This document shows positions 11,190 through 23,967 of a stretch of DNA of 64,000 bases, one piece after another. Position 1 is the stretch's first letter, and every line of letters begins with the position of its first letter. Below the pieces are notes generated by a model, which had not been told where the DNA came from, searched no databases, and saw only the letters and a list, made by a program, of their open reading frames with translations. This DNA is from Camelus ferus (lineage: Eukaryota): positions 64,232,001 through 64,296,000 of the forward strand of contig NC_045699.1 of assembly GCF_009834535.1 (NCBI RefSeq), written 5' to 3'. The translations under genes were made by a program, and so were the position numbers.

Positions 11190-11610
11190 GTGACAAGAAT
11201 TCAAGACTTGAAGTCAGAAGTTACAAGTCAGAACCAAAAGTCCACCACTTCACAGCATGTGACTTGAGGAATATTCTTCCTCTCTGGGTTCTGATTTCTT
11301 TATCTGTAAAACTGGAATAACATCTACAGTTGACCCTTGAACATTGCAAGGGTTAGGGGCACCGATGTCCTAACAGATTTACAGTCGGCCCTCTGTATCC
11401 TCGGTTCTGCATCTGGATTCAACCAATCATGGATTGTGTAGCATTGTAGTATGTATTTATGGAAAAAACTCCATGTATAAGTGGATCCACACAGTTTAAA
11501 CCTGTGTTGTCCAAAGTCAATGCTGCGTGATAGGATTACTCTGAGTGATAAATAACATGTGAACTTACTCGGATCATGGTAAGTGCTCAATACATATTTA
11601 TTGACTCTAA
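11190..11610 (+). mobile_element. MIR interrupted by a Tigger MITE
   Basis: The MIR core (tgtgacttgagg...tttcttatctgtaaaactggaataa) resumes after 11522 (...aagtgctcaatacatatttattg). Confidence 0.7.
11327..11522. mobile_element. Tigger2-like (TcMar-Tigger) MITE
   Basis: TA then cagttgacccttgaaca on the left, with a degenerate inverted terminus tgttgtccaaagtcaatg on the right. Confidence 0.75.
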
Positions 11611-12293
11611 ATCTTCAGTTCTATTATTTATCCTAATCAATTGTAGGAATTCTCTTCTCTCTCTTTGTCAGGACAACCCTCAATCACTCACGCTTCTGGA
11701 AGCCCTGTTTCCCAGTCTTTTTATCATTTCCCAAGAATCTCCAAGGTGATTACTTTCTCTTGTATATATTTTGGAGGTCTCTGAATATGGAGATGGAAAG
11801 TTCTTTAAAAAGAATTCTTTCATTCATTATTTAATTCCTCCATATCTGCTTCGCCCGGGGTCACCAAAGGCTGTTATAATGTAGAGAGAAGACTGCGCAA
11901 GCATTGGGAGGACTGTTTCTTCCCAGGCTTGATCTGTACTTGCAAGCAGAGGAAACTCAGTCTGTGTAACAACTGCCCTAGCTTGCTCCCTTACTCATTC
12001 TGCCCGACAACACTTAATTGATTCATTTGAGCACATTCAGCCGAGACTCTCCCTGTTTCTTCTTGAAAACCAGCCTATTTACAGGGAACATGTGCTCTGC
12101 TGTGTACTTCCAAGGACAAAGAGCCCCTTACACACATCACGGAGGCCCTCTCCAATCCAGCACTACCTGCTCCTGGAGTCAATTAGAAAAACATTTAAGT
12201 TCTAACCCCAAGTCATGTCTCCAACCTAGACATTATCTGTAGTAAAGTGGCAGTTTGGCCCCGTCTGTCTTTGTCATTATTCGTCATTTGATT

Positions 12294-12819
12294 AAGAACT
12301 CAACTGGGTGTGGTGTATTTATACAGTGGAATACTACTCAGCCATAAAAAAGAATAAAATAATGCCATTTGCAGCAACATGGATGGACCTAGAGGTTGGC
12401 ATTCTAAGTGAAGTCAGCCAGAAAGAGAAAGAAAAGTACCATGTGATGTCACTCATATGTGGAATCTAAAAAAAAAAAAAAAGAAAAGACACAAATGAAC
12501 TTATTTACAAAACAGAAACAGACTCACAGACATAGAAAACAAACTTATGGTTACCAGGAGGGTAAGAGGGTGGGGAGGGATAAATTGGGAGTTTGAAATT
12601 TGCAGATACTAACTATTAAATATAAAATAGATACACAAGTTTCTTCTGTATAGCATAGAGAACTATATTCAATATCTTGTAGTAACCTATAATGAAAACG
12701 AATATGAAAATGAATATATGTATGTATATGCATGACTGGGACATTGTGCTGTGCACCAGAGATTGACACATTGTAACTGATTATACTTTAAGTGAGAAAA
12801 GAAGAAGAACTCAACTGGG
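12294..12819 (+). mobile_element. 5'-truncated L1 with a perfect 15-bp target-site duplication
   Basis: TSD aagaactcaactggg at 12294-12308 and 12805-12819, a tt|aaga endonuclease site, and L1 3'UTR in between. Confidence 0.95.
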
Positions 12820-13354
12820 AAAGAAGGGGACTTTTGGGGGCTCCTTCAAACACTCCCAACAATCTGAAAATCACAGCTCCAGCACTCAGGAGCTGGGCGA
12901 TTCTAGAGTAAGTTCTTTAATCTCTCTGAGTCTCCTTGTCTGTAACAAGAAGGTAATAGCATAAGTCTTAATAATTTTGAAAAATATTAAATAACTGAGA
13001 AAATGTAACTAACGTGCTTATCATGATACCTGGCACGTAGGAGGGACTCAACAACTAACTGCTTCCCTTCTTCTTGTGCCACTGCTGTTGTCCTTTCGCC
13101 ACTTGTCATTGTCATTGTCGTAGGTCTTGTCAACTTGACCCCTCCCCTGCTGGTTAATCAGAGCCAGTCAGTTGAATCACAAGCTTTTGAATGGTTGTAG
13201 CTTCTTGCATTCTCTAAAAATAATACCTATGGAATTTGGAAAGCATGTTCCTAGGCTATTTTATAGCCAAATAGCTTCCACAATGAAAGGAGACATTCTA
13301 ATTCTTACTAAGAGAGAAAGCTACAAAAGATGTTTTTAAGCTACCATATTGGTA

Positions 13355-14110
13355 TATATCTTGGTTTGGGGTCACTCAGAAACAGGCCCTGAGATAAAAG
13401 TTTGAATGCAAGCAGTTCCTTTGGAAGATGATCCCAGGAAACACCAGGAGGGAGTAGGGAACCAAGGCAGGAAGGGGAAGGTAGGTAGTAAAGAAACACT
13501 ATCAAGTCAGTTACCACTGTGAATACTTGGAACTTAATATGGCTGAGAACTCTGGAACCACTGTAGAACACAGACTTTGAAGTTATCTCACCCAAGGGAT
13601 CCAAGTTATTTCACCCAACTCTCATCGGTTGAGGTTGCAGGTTGCTTCCAAGGAGAATTAATTCCTTAGCACTTCTACCCTGCCATGCATGCTTATCTGG
13701 AACTCAGGAGACTCACTGGGACACCACCAGCTGCCAGAGACAGCTCTCAGACTGAGACAGGCGCTGGCTTCTGAAAGTAGGCAGGGGAAAGTCACATGCT
13801 TCCTGTCAGTGTTACTAAAATGATAAGAATTGAGGGAGCTTGGGTGGGGTACAACAGCATCTATTAGAGTTTACCCCTTGCACCACCAGACCCACCCACA
13901 TGGCCTGTACTAAGTTCACTGCACCCTGTCATTGCTTCTTTAGAATGGTGGCCAACCATAGTTTCTTTTTGAAAACAGACTACTAGGAGGTTTAGTAGGA
14001 CAAGCTGTAGCCCACACTGCTGCGTTTTGCCCCAAGGTCATAATTGGTATGTCACCTTCCTCCACCAGTCCTCTATCTCCACTGTCCTTGTTTAGCCCTT
14101 CTGATTGTCC
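13355..14110. mobile_element. ERVL-type LTR (LTR33/LTR16-like) plus adjacent internal sequence
   Basis: cagaaacaggccctgagataaaagtttgaatgcaagcagttcctttggaagatgatcccaggaaacacc matches the recalled LTR33 start. Confidence 0.6.
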
Positions 14111-14121
14111 AGTGGCATACT

Positions 14122-14226
14122 TTGTATATTGGTTTACTTATTTATTTTAATGGAGGTACTGGGGATTGAACCCAGGACCTCGTGCATGCTAAGCATGCAC
14201 TCTACCACTGAGCTATACCCTCCCCC
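14122..14226 (-). mobile_element. tRNA-Ala-derived SINE (vic-1-like)
   Basis: The reverse complement reads ggggagggtatagctcagtggtagagtgcatgcttagcatgcacgaggtcctgggttcaatccccagtacctcca plus an A-rich tail. Imperfect TSD gtg(g/a)catactt. Confidence 0.92.
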
Positions 14227-14934
14227 TGTCGTGACATACTTCAGATCAGACTCCAGGTTCTCCGACTCTGGAGCTCATGCCCTGTTAGCTGTGTTCAGTG
14301 CAGTTCTCTGTTGTTGCTGAACATTATTACAGTTCCAGAGTAATTCTTTGTGAAAGCATCTAACCGAGGAGACGGCAGATGGAAGTGGATCTGAATTCCA
14401 GGAATGCTGGGGAGGCGCCCCAATGAAAAGGGTTGTTTCTCTTATCTTCCTGGTAGGAAATTACATCTTCCCCAGGCATTTCAAGCAGAAGTTGTGTGAA
14501 GACATCCCTGAAATCCACGGCTGAATATTATATCTCAAAAATACACGTGCCTCATTACCAATTATATCACGTTGTTCGTAAGAATTTATCTAACAATGGT
14601 TCACTCTTAGCAGTTGCCCTGCATTCTTCTTATATATTTTTTTCATCACTGAGCAACTCTGTACCTGTACTATAGCGTAGCTTTGGGTCGTCAGATGAAC
14701 AGCTGAAATCAGGATTCTCTGCCCCCAGTACCCATAATAGGTCTGATTCATACAGCCATTCACAGTTATTACCAAGCATGGAAGCACCACGTGGTGTCCT
14801 GGTGAATCCCATGAGTTCCAGACACACATCTCCCTGCCCCCTTAAATAACAGCAATTTGATTTCCTCATAATAATTTGGATCAAATGCTAATATGGTCAG
14901 AATGTTTGTGTCCTCCCCCCAGAATTCTTTCTGC

Positions 14935-15350
14935 CTGAAACACTCCTCCTCTTCTCCCCAATTCTCACTCATTCTTTAGATCTCAGGTGAAGCAGCCCTT
15001 CTTAAGAAAGTTGAATTAGATCTTTGGGATTTACATTTTCTAAACTCCCTGTACTTATCTTTCAGTGTACTTATCTCAATGATGTTTCAATATATAATTG
15101 CCTAAGAAACTATTTATTCTTTCATTCATTCGTCAGGTATTTTCTAAGTCCCTTGTATGTGCCTGACACTCTGCTGGACGCTGGGTCTGTCATGAAGAAC
15201 AAAACGCATGTTGCCTCTGACTTTATGGAGCTTGTAGTCTAGTGTAAAACATCTTCTATGTTTTATCGTAAGTTCTAGGAAAGTAGGAGTTCTGTTTTAC
15301 TGATTACTGCATCCCCTGAATCCATAGGATTTTGCTAAATAAAGAAAGAA
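14935..15350. mobile_element. L2 3' fragments
   Basis: cattcattcgtcaggtattttctaagtccc...tgtgcctgacactctgctggacgctggg... is a typical L2 3' end. Confidence 0.6.
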
Positions 15351-15439
15351 AGAAATATAGAAATTAATGAATAAGTGAATGAGTTCTCTTTGGAATTTCA
15401 ATTATTTTTTGAAATTTAAAAATTTCTTTTTTTGTCTCT

Positions 15440-16360
15440 AATTTTTATTTTTACAGTTTGGCGATTCATCACAAAGCAAACACCTAAGTATCTTCCACTC
15501 ATTCAAGGAATGGATCCTTGCCAGGGATCCAGAAACTGTCTTCATACCTCTAGCAAATTGCTACCCCTCTCTCCCTCATGAAGGTAACCACTATTCTTTG
15601 ACTTTTTATGTCAGTGACTTCCTTGCTTTTCCTTTTAATTTTGCCACATACACATGTGTGCCTAAACACTATAGATTGGTTTGTCCTGTTTTTGAAATTT
15701 TTTGTTGTTTACTTTTTCCAGCTTTATTGAGATATAATTAATAGATAACACTGTAAATTTAAGATATAGAACTTAATNNNNNNNNNNNNNNNNNNNNNNN
15801 NNNNNNNNNNNNNNNNNNNNNNNNNNNNNNNNNNNNNNNNNNNNNNNNNNNNNNNNNNNNNNNNNNNNNNNNNNNNNNNNNNNNNNNNNNNNNNNNNNNN
15901 NNNNNNNNNNNNNNACATTTAAGATCAGTATCTTTTAAGTATATGACACAGTATTGTTAACTACAGTCACCATGATGTGCATTATATCTCCAGAACTTAA
16001 TCCTCCTATAACTGGAAATGTATACCTTTTGACCAAACTTTCCCCATTTTACCCACTCCCAGCCCCCAGAAACCACCAATCTACTCTTTGTTTTTAAGGA
16101 GTGCTGCTTNNNNNNNNNNNNNNNNNNNNNNNNNNNNNNNNNNNNNNNNNNNNNNNNNNNNNNNNNNNNNNNNNNNNNNNNNNNNNNNNNNNNNNNNNNN
16201 NNNNNNNNNNNNNNNNNNNNNNNNNNNNNNNNNNNNNNNNNNNNNNNNNNNNNNNNNNNNNNNNNNNNNNNNCACTTTATCCACTCTTCCATTGACAGAC
16301 ACTTAGCTTGTTTCTATATTTTGGCTATTGTGAATAATGCTGCAATGAACATGGGGGTAA
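15440..16360 (-). mobile_element. Old L1 3' region(s), partly masked
   Basis: ccagctttattgagatataatt..., ttggctattgtgaataatgctgcaatgaacatggggg. Confidence 0.85.
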
Positions 16361-16699
16361 CTTGTATGGTTACTGTGAGGATTGAAAGATATAAAAGCAT
16401 TTGAGCACTTTAAACAGAATGCCTAACACATAGCAAACACTCAACATGTAACTTATTATTATTGCCAACTTGACGCATTGAATGATGTCTGTGTCCATGT
16501 GAGTTTCAGATATTTGAAAGCTGACTGATATGAGAGATGATAAGAAATGTCCTTTTTCATATTCTGGGGAAATTAATAACTTGTGTTCCCAGAATGAAGA
16601 GAGTGTAAGTAAAAGGGAAAACATCCATGCAAGCTGGATGCTGAGAGCAATTAGAGAGTGATGAGAAAAATCAAGCAGGAAAACCTAAGAGAGTATTTC

Positions 16700-17270
16700 T
16701 CAATCACAGCATAACCCCTACAAATCAGTAATAAAACCACAGCAACCACATAGAAAAAAAGAAACAGGCAAGAATATAGTTGGAAAATTCAAAGAAGAAA
16801 AAACGAAAATGGTCAAAAAATATTTTTAAAATTCCTCCAGCAATACTTCCAGTTAGCATTTCCAGTTATAGGAAAATAGATGCAACAAAGATGCCGTGAA
16901 GCACTGCCTTTATACTAGCTCCGCCCACCAAAAAAAGGAGGCAAATGGAATGAGTAGGGAAATGTGCACTACTTGTGGTACATCTAATAATCTATGAAAT
17001 ACTTTAAAAATAATGAGGTAGATCTCATCATGACAGAGAAGGTCCATGACATATTGATGAGAGAAACAAATAAAATACAAAAACAAATAATCCCATCTTT
17101 ATAAAAACAAAATTATACACACATATGTGCATAGAAAGTGTCTGAATGGGTACAAGTCAAAACATTGACCGCGATTATCCCTGGAAAGGAAGGGGGGAGG
17201 GGAGAAACAGACTCTCACTTTTCCTTTGATGCACGTTTCACTGCTACGTGTGTGCTGCTTGAAAGGAACG
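16700..17270 (+). mobile_element. Ancient L1 (L1ME-like) 3' region
   Basis: A-rich, degenerate ORF2-end and 3'UTR motifs. Confidence 0.55.
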
Positions 17271-19399
17271 GAAGAGGCTACATCTTCAAGGACTCAGGCA
17301 AGGAGATACCCCATCCATGCCTTGACCATATCTAGGTTTTTCTGGGATTCCTCCTCAAAGTCAAATTTAGGAGCACACGTCAGAGAACCCCACGTCCAGG
17401 CTGATCCCCCAGGTCCTGATCACCCTCCTGGGATCCACCCAGCTGCCAAGCCACAGTCACTAATAACAATATTAATACTAATATTGGAAGCACTGTTTCA
17501 TGGGCCCCACTCCCCAGAGAAGGCAGTGAGTTTGGACAATGACACACTTGGGACTACGTGTTGGTGAGAACCATGGAATTCACACAGAAGCATGTAATAA
17601 AAAACCTCCTGGCATCTTTCCCAGACATGCCTTCCTGCCCTGACAGGCAGAAATGCCCCCAGGATTCTGGCTGTTCTAACCCTGCAGTCCCTCCCCGTTC
17701 CCTTCCTTTCTTCTGTGCGGGGAAACCTCCGTCTTCCCTGAGTGGCCAGCTCTGAGCTGCTGCCAAAACAGTAGGACACAGGCTGCCTAAGGGACAATGT
17801 TGGTGCCAAGTCCAGCCCATTCCAGCCCGGCCAGGGTCCACGGTGAGGTGAGTGTCTGCTCAGGACCGCACACTCAAATAGCACCTCAGACAGGTCCTAC
17901 ACGGGCTCTCCATAATTTCTGGACAGAGGACAATCTTTCTCAAATTTGATCCTTCACACACAGTATTGTGTGTCTTGTGACATTTGTCTTGGGTTCTCCA
18001 AGTCATCCTTTGTCTTTTCTTTCCCTTATAGTATCTCTTCCCTGTCCCATCCTCAGATATTCTGTGTCTTTGTGGACTCTCCTACCTCCCCTCATTGAAA
18101 TCAAGCCACGAAAAAGAATGAATGATTACATAGTCACAAGTGTTCCCTTCCCTGAGCCATAAAGAAAATACTGAATGGAATTACAGAGAACTCAATTCGT
18201 TGGGGAGGTATTGTAGGTAATCAGGTCTGAATGAAGCAAAAATCAGCCTCTGGACCTATTTGTCTACTTTGTCATGTTTAACAACTGACCCAGACTTTTC
18301 TGTCCACTTCTGACAATTAATGATCAGAGAAATTTGGAGAATAGACTAAGTCATGTTAGCCAAGTGCCTCTTTTATTTACAAAGTTCTCTTTAGCATGAG
18401 AGGCAACTCTTTTATCAGGGAAATCTATGGATCAGACTGTCAGAAGTTATGGGGATGTATTCTAGAAAGAAACCCAAGTTCCAACAGAAATTTAAAACAA
18501 ACAACTTCTCGTTGTTTCATAAGACTTGGTAAAGGGCTCTTATGTCCATGGTCTTTTCTGCTTTTTTTTTAATATAAAGCCTCTGGATTGAAAGCAGATA
18601 TTATTCTTCCCATTTCCCAGATGAAGAAACTGAGGTCCCCAAGAGTGAAGTGATTTTCCCAAGGTCTCAGAGAATATGTTAGTGGCAGACCTGGGGCCAA
18701 AGCCCAGATCTTCCAATTCCTGGGACAAGATCCATTTCTGCACAACCCACTGCTTTTTCTTGATCTACATCCTTATATGAAGCAAGAGTCTTCTCAAGAA
18801 GCCCCCCATTTTTGGCTTCCCAGCCCGTTCCCCACACCGCGTTAGTATCCTCTGCCCATAAGGAGATGACACACTATACTACAGGTCAGGCAGGATGATC
18901 TCTGCCAGCTACAAGGGAGACAAGGACTCCAAGGTTCCAGAAAGCTCACCCTCCCATCACCTCTGGGGCTCGCTCTAGCTTCAGTACAGCTGTCGTAGGA
19001 GCTATAAGGACATTGCCCCAGGTGACAGGCATAGCCAGCTATCAAGCAGAGCTCAGCCTCGTCCTTAAGAACTGAGACCAGCCATCCCATGTTTCCTAAA
19101 CCATAAACTCAGGGCCACCCGATCCAATTTGGAGAGTCCAGTTACAATGACAGATTAACAATGGGGAACCAAGTGCAGGAAGAGAATGAAACACAAACGT
19201 TAAATGGGTGAAGTGGGGTGAAAAATCTGAAAATAGGAACAATAATATCTACTCTCAAGTTCAAGAATGAGGATTAAACTAGAAGAAAATATGATAGAAA
19301 TTGATCGCTGGCCAAATGCACACAATAGCTCAGTGGGAAAGGGAGAAACAAGGAAGGAGGAACTGGGACAGTCAGGGAGAGCTTCAGAGATGGCAGAGC

Positions 19400-19635
19400 C
19401 TAATGTCAAGTGCATGGACGCTAATGTCAGATGGAACTGAATTCAACTATCAGTTCTACCACTTACCAACTCTGTGGCTTTGGGCATGTTGCAGAACCCC
19501 TCTCAGTTTCAATTTTTTCATCTACAAAATGAAGATGAGAATTGCTGTGATCACCAAATGAAAAACACATACATAAAGGTCTCAGAACAATGCCTGGTTT
19601 ATATAAGTGCTCAGTAAATGTGGCTACAGCTCGCA
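19400..19635 (+). mobile_element. MIR
   Basis: ttctaccacttacc...ctctcagtttc...ttttcatctacaaaatgaagatg...aagtgctcagtaaatg. Confidence 0.75.
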
Positions 19636-19992
19636 GTCCTCATTCGTTACCATAACGTACTGAAATCAGTTCAGAATAGTTCATTAGCATATTATAAACT
19701 TTCATATTCTTGTCATTGAAAAACCTAATATTCAATCTCCCAAGTGCTTCCATGGTGACATCCGTTAACTTGGGGTATGAAAGCAGACAGACCCAGAGTA
19801 ATGAATAAACCCATTTCCATGAGGCAGAGGCTAAGGAAAATGAAGTGGGCAGTGTGGTGCAGCCAGGCGTGTACGAGCACTCAAAGTATCCAGACATAAG
19901 TGTGAAGTCCAGCCGGACGACTTAACACTGAGTTATGCTGAGCAAATCACTTCACTTCCCTAACCCTTGGTTTACTCACCTGTGAAATGAGA

Positions 19993-20155
19993 ATAATAAA
20001 TTTTTTTTGTGGCGGGGGAGGGGGGCTGGGGCGGGGCAGATAACTAGGTTTATTTATTTATTTTTTAATGGAGGTACTGGGGATTGAACCCAGGACCTCT
20101 TGCATGCTAAGCACATGCTCTCCCACTGAGATACACCCTCCCCCCTATAATAAAT
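19993..20155 (-). mobile_element. vic-1-like SINE inserted in a MIR
   Basis: gaggtactggggattgaacccagg core; TSD ataataaat at 19993-20001 and 20147-20155. Confidence 0.9.
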
Positions 20156-21510
20156 GATTGATGCAGCTAGAAGTGTGTCAGGATTGCTACAGGGGTGATA
20201 TGAGATAAAGCTTGTGGAAGTGCCTTACACCGGGGCAGTTCTTTATTATTTGTACTTTCTCTCCCAATAACCTAATTGTGAAGTTTAAGAATTCTTGGGA
20301 TAGCCATGGACACAGCGCCCTTGTGGGCTGTCTACTCTAATCTCCATTCAAAAGACTATGAATTGACCAGACCAAACCATCATGATTACCCTGTGATGAA
20401 AAACCAGACACAAGAACTTTGCATAGTTCTGGGAACCACATTTTAAAGACAGTGACAAACTGGAGCAGGTTCACAGTGGAAAGACCCAGGTGGAAGAAAG
20501 AATGTCCTTCTAGAAAAATCTATTGCCTCTGTGCAGAACAACACTGAAAAATTAATGGGACTAATTGCCAGTATTCACTGAATGCTTGGAAATATTTAAT
20601 CTACATAACAACTTTATGAGTGGCGTGCTACTAATAATCCCCCATTTTACAGATGAGAAAACCTAGCCTCATAAAAGGTAAGTGACTTCCTCAAGGTCAC
20701 ACGGCTTTTGTATGAAAGAGCCAGGGTTCTAGCCCAGTGTCAGAGCTTTTAGCCACTGCACACTGCTTCTTCGTTAACTGATGTTTAGATTTCTTAAGGA
20801 CTTGTTCTGTGAGATTATAGAGGACTAAATGCTAAGTAATATGACGGAAATTAGTGTCGCATGTTATCAAAAATTATTTTTAGTGCTGTGCTGATGAGTA
20901 GATTAGGTCTCCTTCAACTTTTGTTTTTTTTGAGAGCAAAGAACTGGAAACTCCTTGATCTTCAAATGGATTTGTTATCTGCTCAGTAAAGTCATTCGCT
21001 TTCTGAATAGTTCAGATTGTCTCTTCACTTGACTCCTTTGAGATTTTTATATCCAGAGCCAATGCATCTAGTAAGATTTGGGGTGGATGAAAGCAAATCT
21101 TTTATTTACTAAGTAGGAGACAGGATAATGCAGGAGGTGATACCTTGAAGGCAAAATGATTTTAGAAAAGAGACGTATACAGCTGAGAATTTGGTAGCTA
21201 ACTCTCCTAAAACCATGTCTGCGTAGTCTGAGAAGTCTTTGGGTACCACACGGTTATGTGTTCCCCAAAATAGAAACTGTTAAACCAAATTACCTCTGAA
21301 ATCTCTTTTAACAGAGATTTTCCTTGATTATGTAGCCCATCAACAAGTCATTACCATGAATAAGATGTCCTGGTTTTAACTGGGGAGTCGAGTTATATTG
21401 GGTAACTAGCATGGCCTTTGGAGTTAAAATTAAAATATAACTTTAAATTCAGATTTTGCCCTTTATAAGCTTAAACTTTCTATACTTCAGTTTCTAATTT
21501 GTAAAACTGG

Positions 21511-21514
21511 AATA

Positions 21515-21548
<34 letters not shown>
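21511..21548. repeat. (AAT)n microsatellite within a MIR
   Basis: aataatagtaataataat... follows tttgtaaaactgg. Confidence 0.9.
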
Positions 21549-21549
<1 letters not shown>

Positions 21550-21802
21550 CCTGTGGGATTATAGTAAGAATTAAATGTGATAATGCAACAAAGCCCTTGC
21601 TTCAGGGTAAATGCCCTGTAAATGTTAACTATGATGACAGTGGTGAGGTTAATGAAAAATCCAGACCTCATTATTTTGGAAAATAATTAAGCACTTGATT
21701 CCTTTATCAACCCCATTATACCTTATGTGGTTTACACTGGAGCACAATAGTGTTAGTAACTAAAGAGTCTGATCAGAGATCCAAGTCTACAGAAGTGATC
21801 AT

Positions 21803-22560
21803 TGTTGGAAAACAGCATGAAGTTTTCTCAAAAACTAAAAATAAAACTACCATACCATCCAGCAATGCCATTTCTGGATATTTATCCAAAGAAAACAAAA
21901 ACACCAATTCTAAAGGATATANNNNNNNNNNNNNNNNNNNNNNNNNNNNNNNNNNNNNNNNNNNNNNNNNNNNNNNNNNNNNNNNNNNNNNNNNNNNNNN
22001 NNNNNNNNNNNNNNNNNNNNNNNNNNNNNNNNNNNNNNNNNNNNNNNNNNNNNNNNNNNNNNNNNNNNNNNNNNNNNNNNNNNNNNNNNNNNNNNNNNNN
22101 NNNNNNNNNNNNNNNNNNNNNNNNNNNNNNNNNNNNNNNNNNNNNNATATGATCTTATTTATACATGGAATTAAAAAACAAACAAGCTCATAGATACAGA
22201 AAACAGATTGGTGTTGCCAGAGGTGAGGGTGACAGGGTTGGCAAAACAGGTGAAAGGTGTCCGAAATTACAAACTTCCAGTTATAAAATAAATAAATCAT
22301 GAGGATGTCATGCACAGTATGGTGACCACAGCTAATAACCCTGTATTGTGTATTTAAGAGTTGCTAAGAGAGTAAATCTTAAAAGTCCTCATTACAAGAA
22401 AAAACAAATTTTGTAATGCTGTACGGGGCTGGATGCTAACTAAACTTATTGTGGTGATCATTTCACAATACATATAAATATCGTGTCTTTATGTTGTACA
22501 CCTGAAACTAATATAATGTTATTTGTCAATTACACCTCAATAAAACAATAATAATAATAG
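21803..22560 (+). mobile_element. L1MA-like 3' end abutting the OR1Q1 splice acceptor
   Basis: ORF2-end remnant KLKIKLPYHPAMPFLDIYPK; the 3'UTR ends tacacctcaataaaacaataataat. Confidence 0.9.
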
Positions 22561-22585
22561 TAATCTTTTTGTTTAGTGACAACAG

Positions 22586-23531
22586 ATGGACAATACCAAC
22601 TGGACCAGTGTATCCCATTTTGTTCTCTTGGGCATTTCCACCCACCAGGAAGAGCAGGTCCTGCTCTTTCTTCTTTTTCTATTCATGTACACAGTCAACG
22701 TTTCTGGCAACTTTGCCATCATCATATTGATTATCTCTATTCCACGCCTCCAAACTCCCATGTACATCTTCCTCGGCAACTTGGCCTTGGCAGACATCTG
22801 TTTCACCTCCACCACGGTCCCCAAGATGCTGCAGAACATTTTCTCTCCTACAAAGACCATTTCCTACACGGGCTGCTTAGCCCAGACTTATTTCTTCATT
22901 TGCTTTGCAGCCATGGAAAACTTCCTCCTGGCTGTGATGGCCTATGACAGATACATCGCCATCTGCCACCCTTTCCGCTACCCTATGATTCTAACCAGAA
23001 TGCTGTGTTCGCAGATGGTGGCCACGTGCCATATCCTGTCCCATCTTCATGCCCTGCTGCACACCCTTCTCATGGGCCGACTCATCTTCTGTGCGGATAA
23101 CAGGATCCCCCACTTCTTCTGTGACCTCTACCCTCTGATGAAGATTTCCTGCTCCAGCACCCAACTCAACACCTTGATGATTCACACAGAAGGAGTTATG
23201 GTCATCAGTGGAGCTCTGGCCTTCATCATTGCCTCCTATGCCTGCATCAGCTGGGCGGTCCCTCCAGAGTCCCTCAGCCAAGGGCAAGTGGAGAGCCTTT
23301 TCTACCTGTAGTTCCCACCTCACTGTGGTGGCTATATTCTATGGCACCCTCTCATGGGTCTACTTCCGGCCCCTTGCCAGCTATTCAGTGGCCACGGGTC
23401 GTATCCTGACGGTCATGTACACAGTGGTGACCCCCATGCTGAACCCCTTCATTTACAGCCTGAGGAATGGAGATGTCAAGGGAGCTTTCAGAAAACTGAT
23501 GAGGAGAATATGGACTTCTTTATTTAGATAA
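22586..23531 (+). pseudogene. OR1Q1: OR1Q1 orthologue with a single +1 frameshift near 23260 (pseudogene or sequence error)
   Basis: MDNTNWTSVSHFVLLGISTH... and ...[42 protein letters not shown] closely match recalled human OR1Q1. ORFs 22586-23311 and 23208-23531 join if one C is removed from gtcCctccag, giving 945 nt = 314 aa. Confidence 0.88.
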
Positions 23532-23967
23532 AACCCCCAAATATAGTTCCAAGTTTTATCTATGATCCTGGGGAAACAGTTTTGTCCCTCACATACGTTT
23601 CCTTTAGAACGTCCCAGTAATATCTAAATTATCTAAATAATCATGGTTTTTTTTCACTGGATATTGTCCAGGGATATCCTTTTAACCCAAAGAACACAAA
23701 ACTATGTACTTAGTGTAAAACAGAAGCATGGTTTTAATTACAGATGAGAGTGGTCTCTAGGCCTGTCATTTAACACCAGTATTGTAACTCTCCGAGTTTT
23801 CAGATGCAGGCAACAGAAACCAATTCTGGTTGATTCATGGAGGAAATAAGTTTATTGAAAGTATATGTGAAACTCATGAACTTCCAAGAAGGCTAAGCAA
23901 CAAGGCTCAATAAAATGGACAAGAATAAGAAATGTCATATAGGCAGAACCACAGTCAAAATCATATC

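Noticed and set aside
14151-14225. tRNA-Ala gene calls (also about 20070-20145, 36296-36372, 43216-43292, 62330-62406)
   Set aside because: All have A-rich tails and target-site duplications, so they are SINE copies.
20676-20684. Perfect donor AAG|GTAAGT
   Set aside because: It is part of a MIR consensus segment (aggtaagtgactt), with no supporting exon context.
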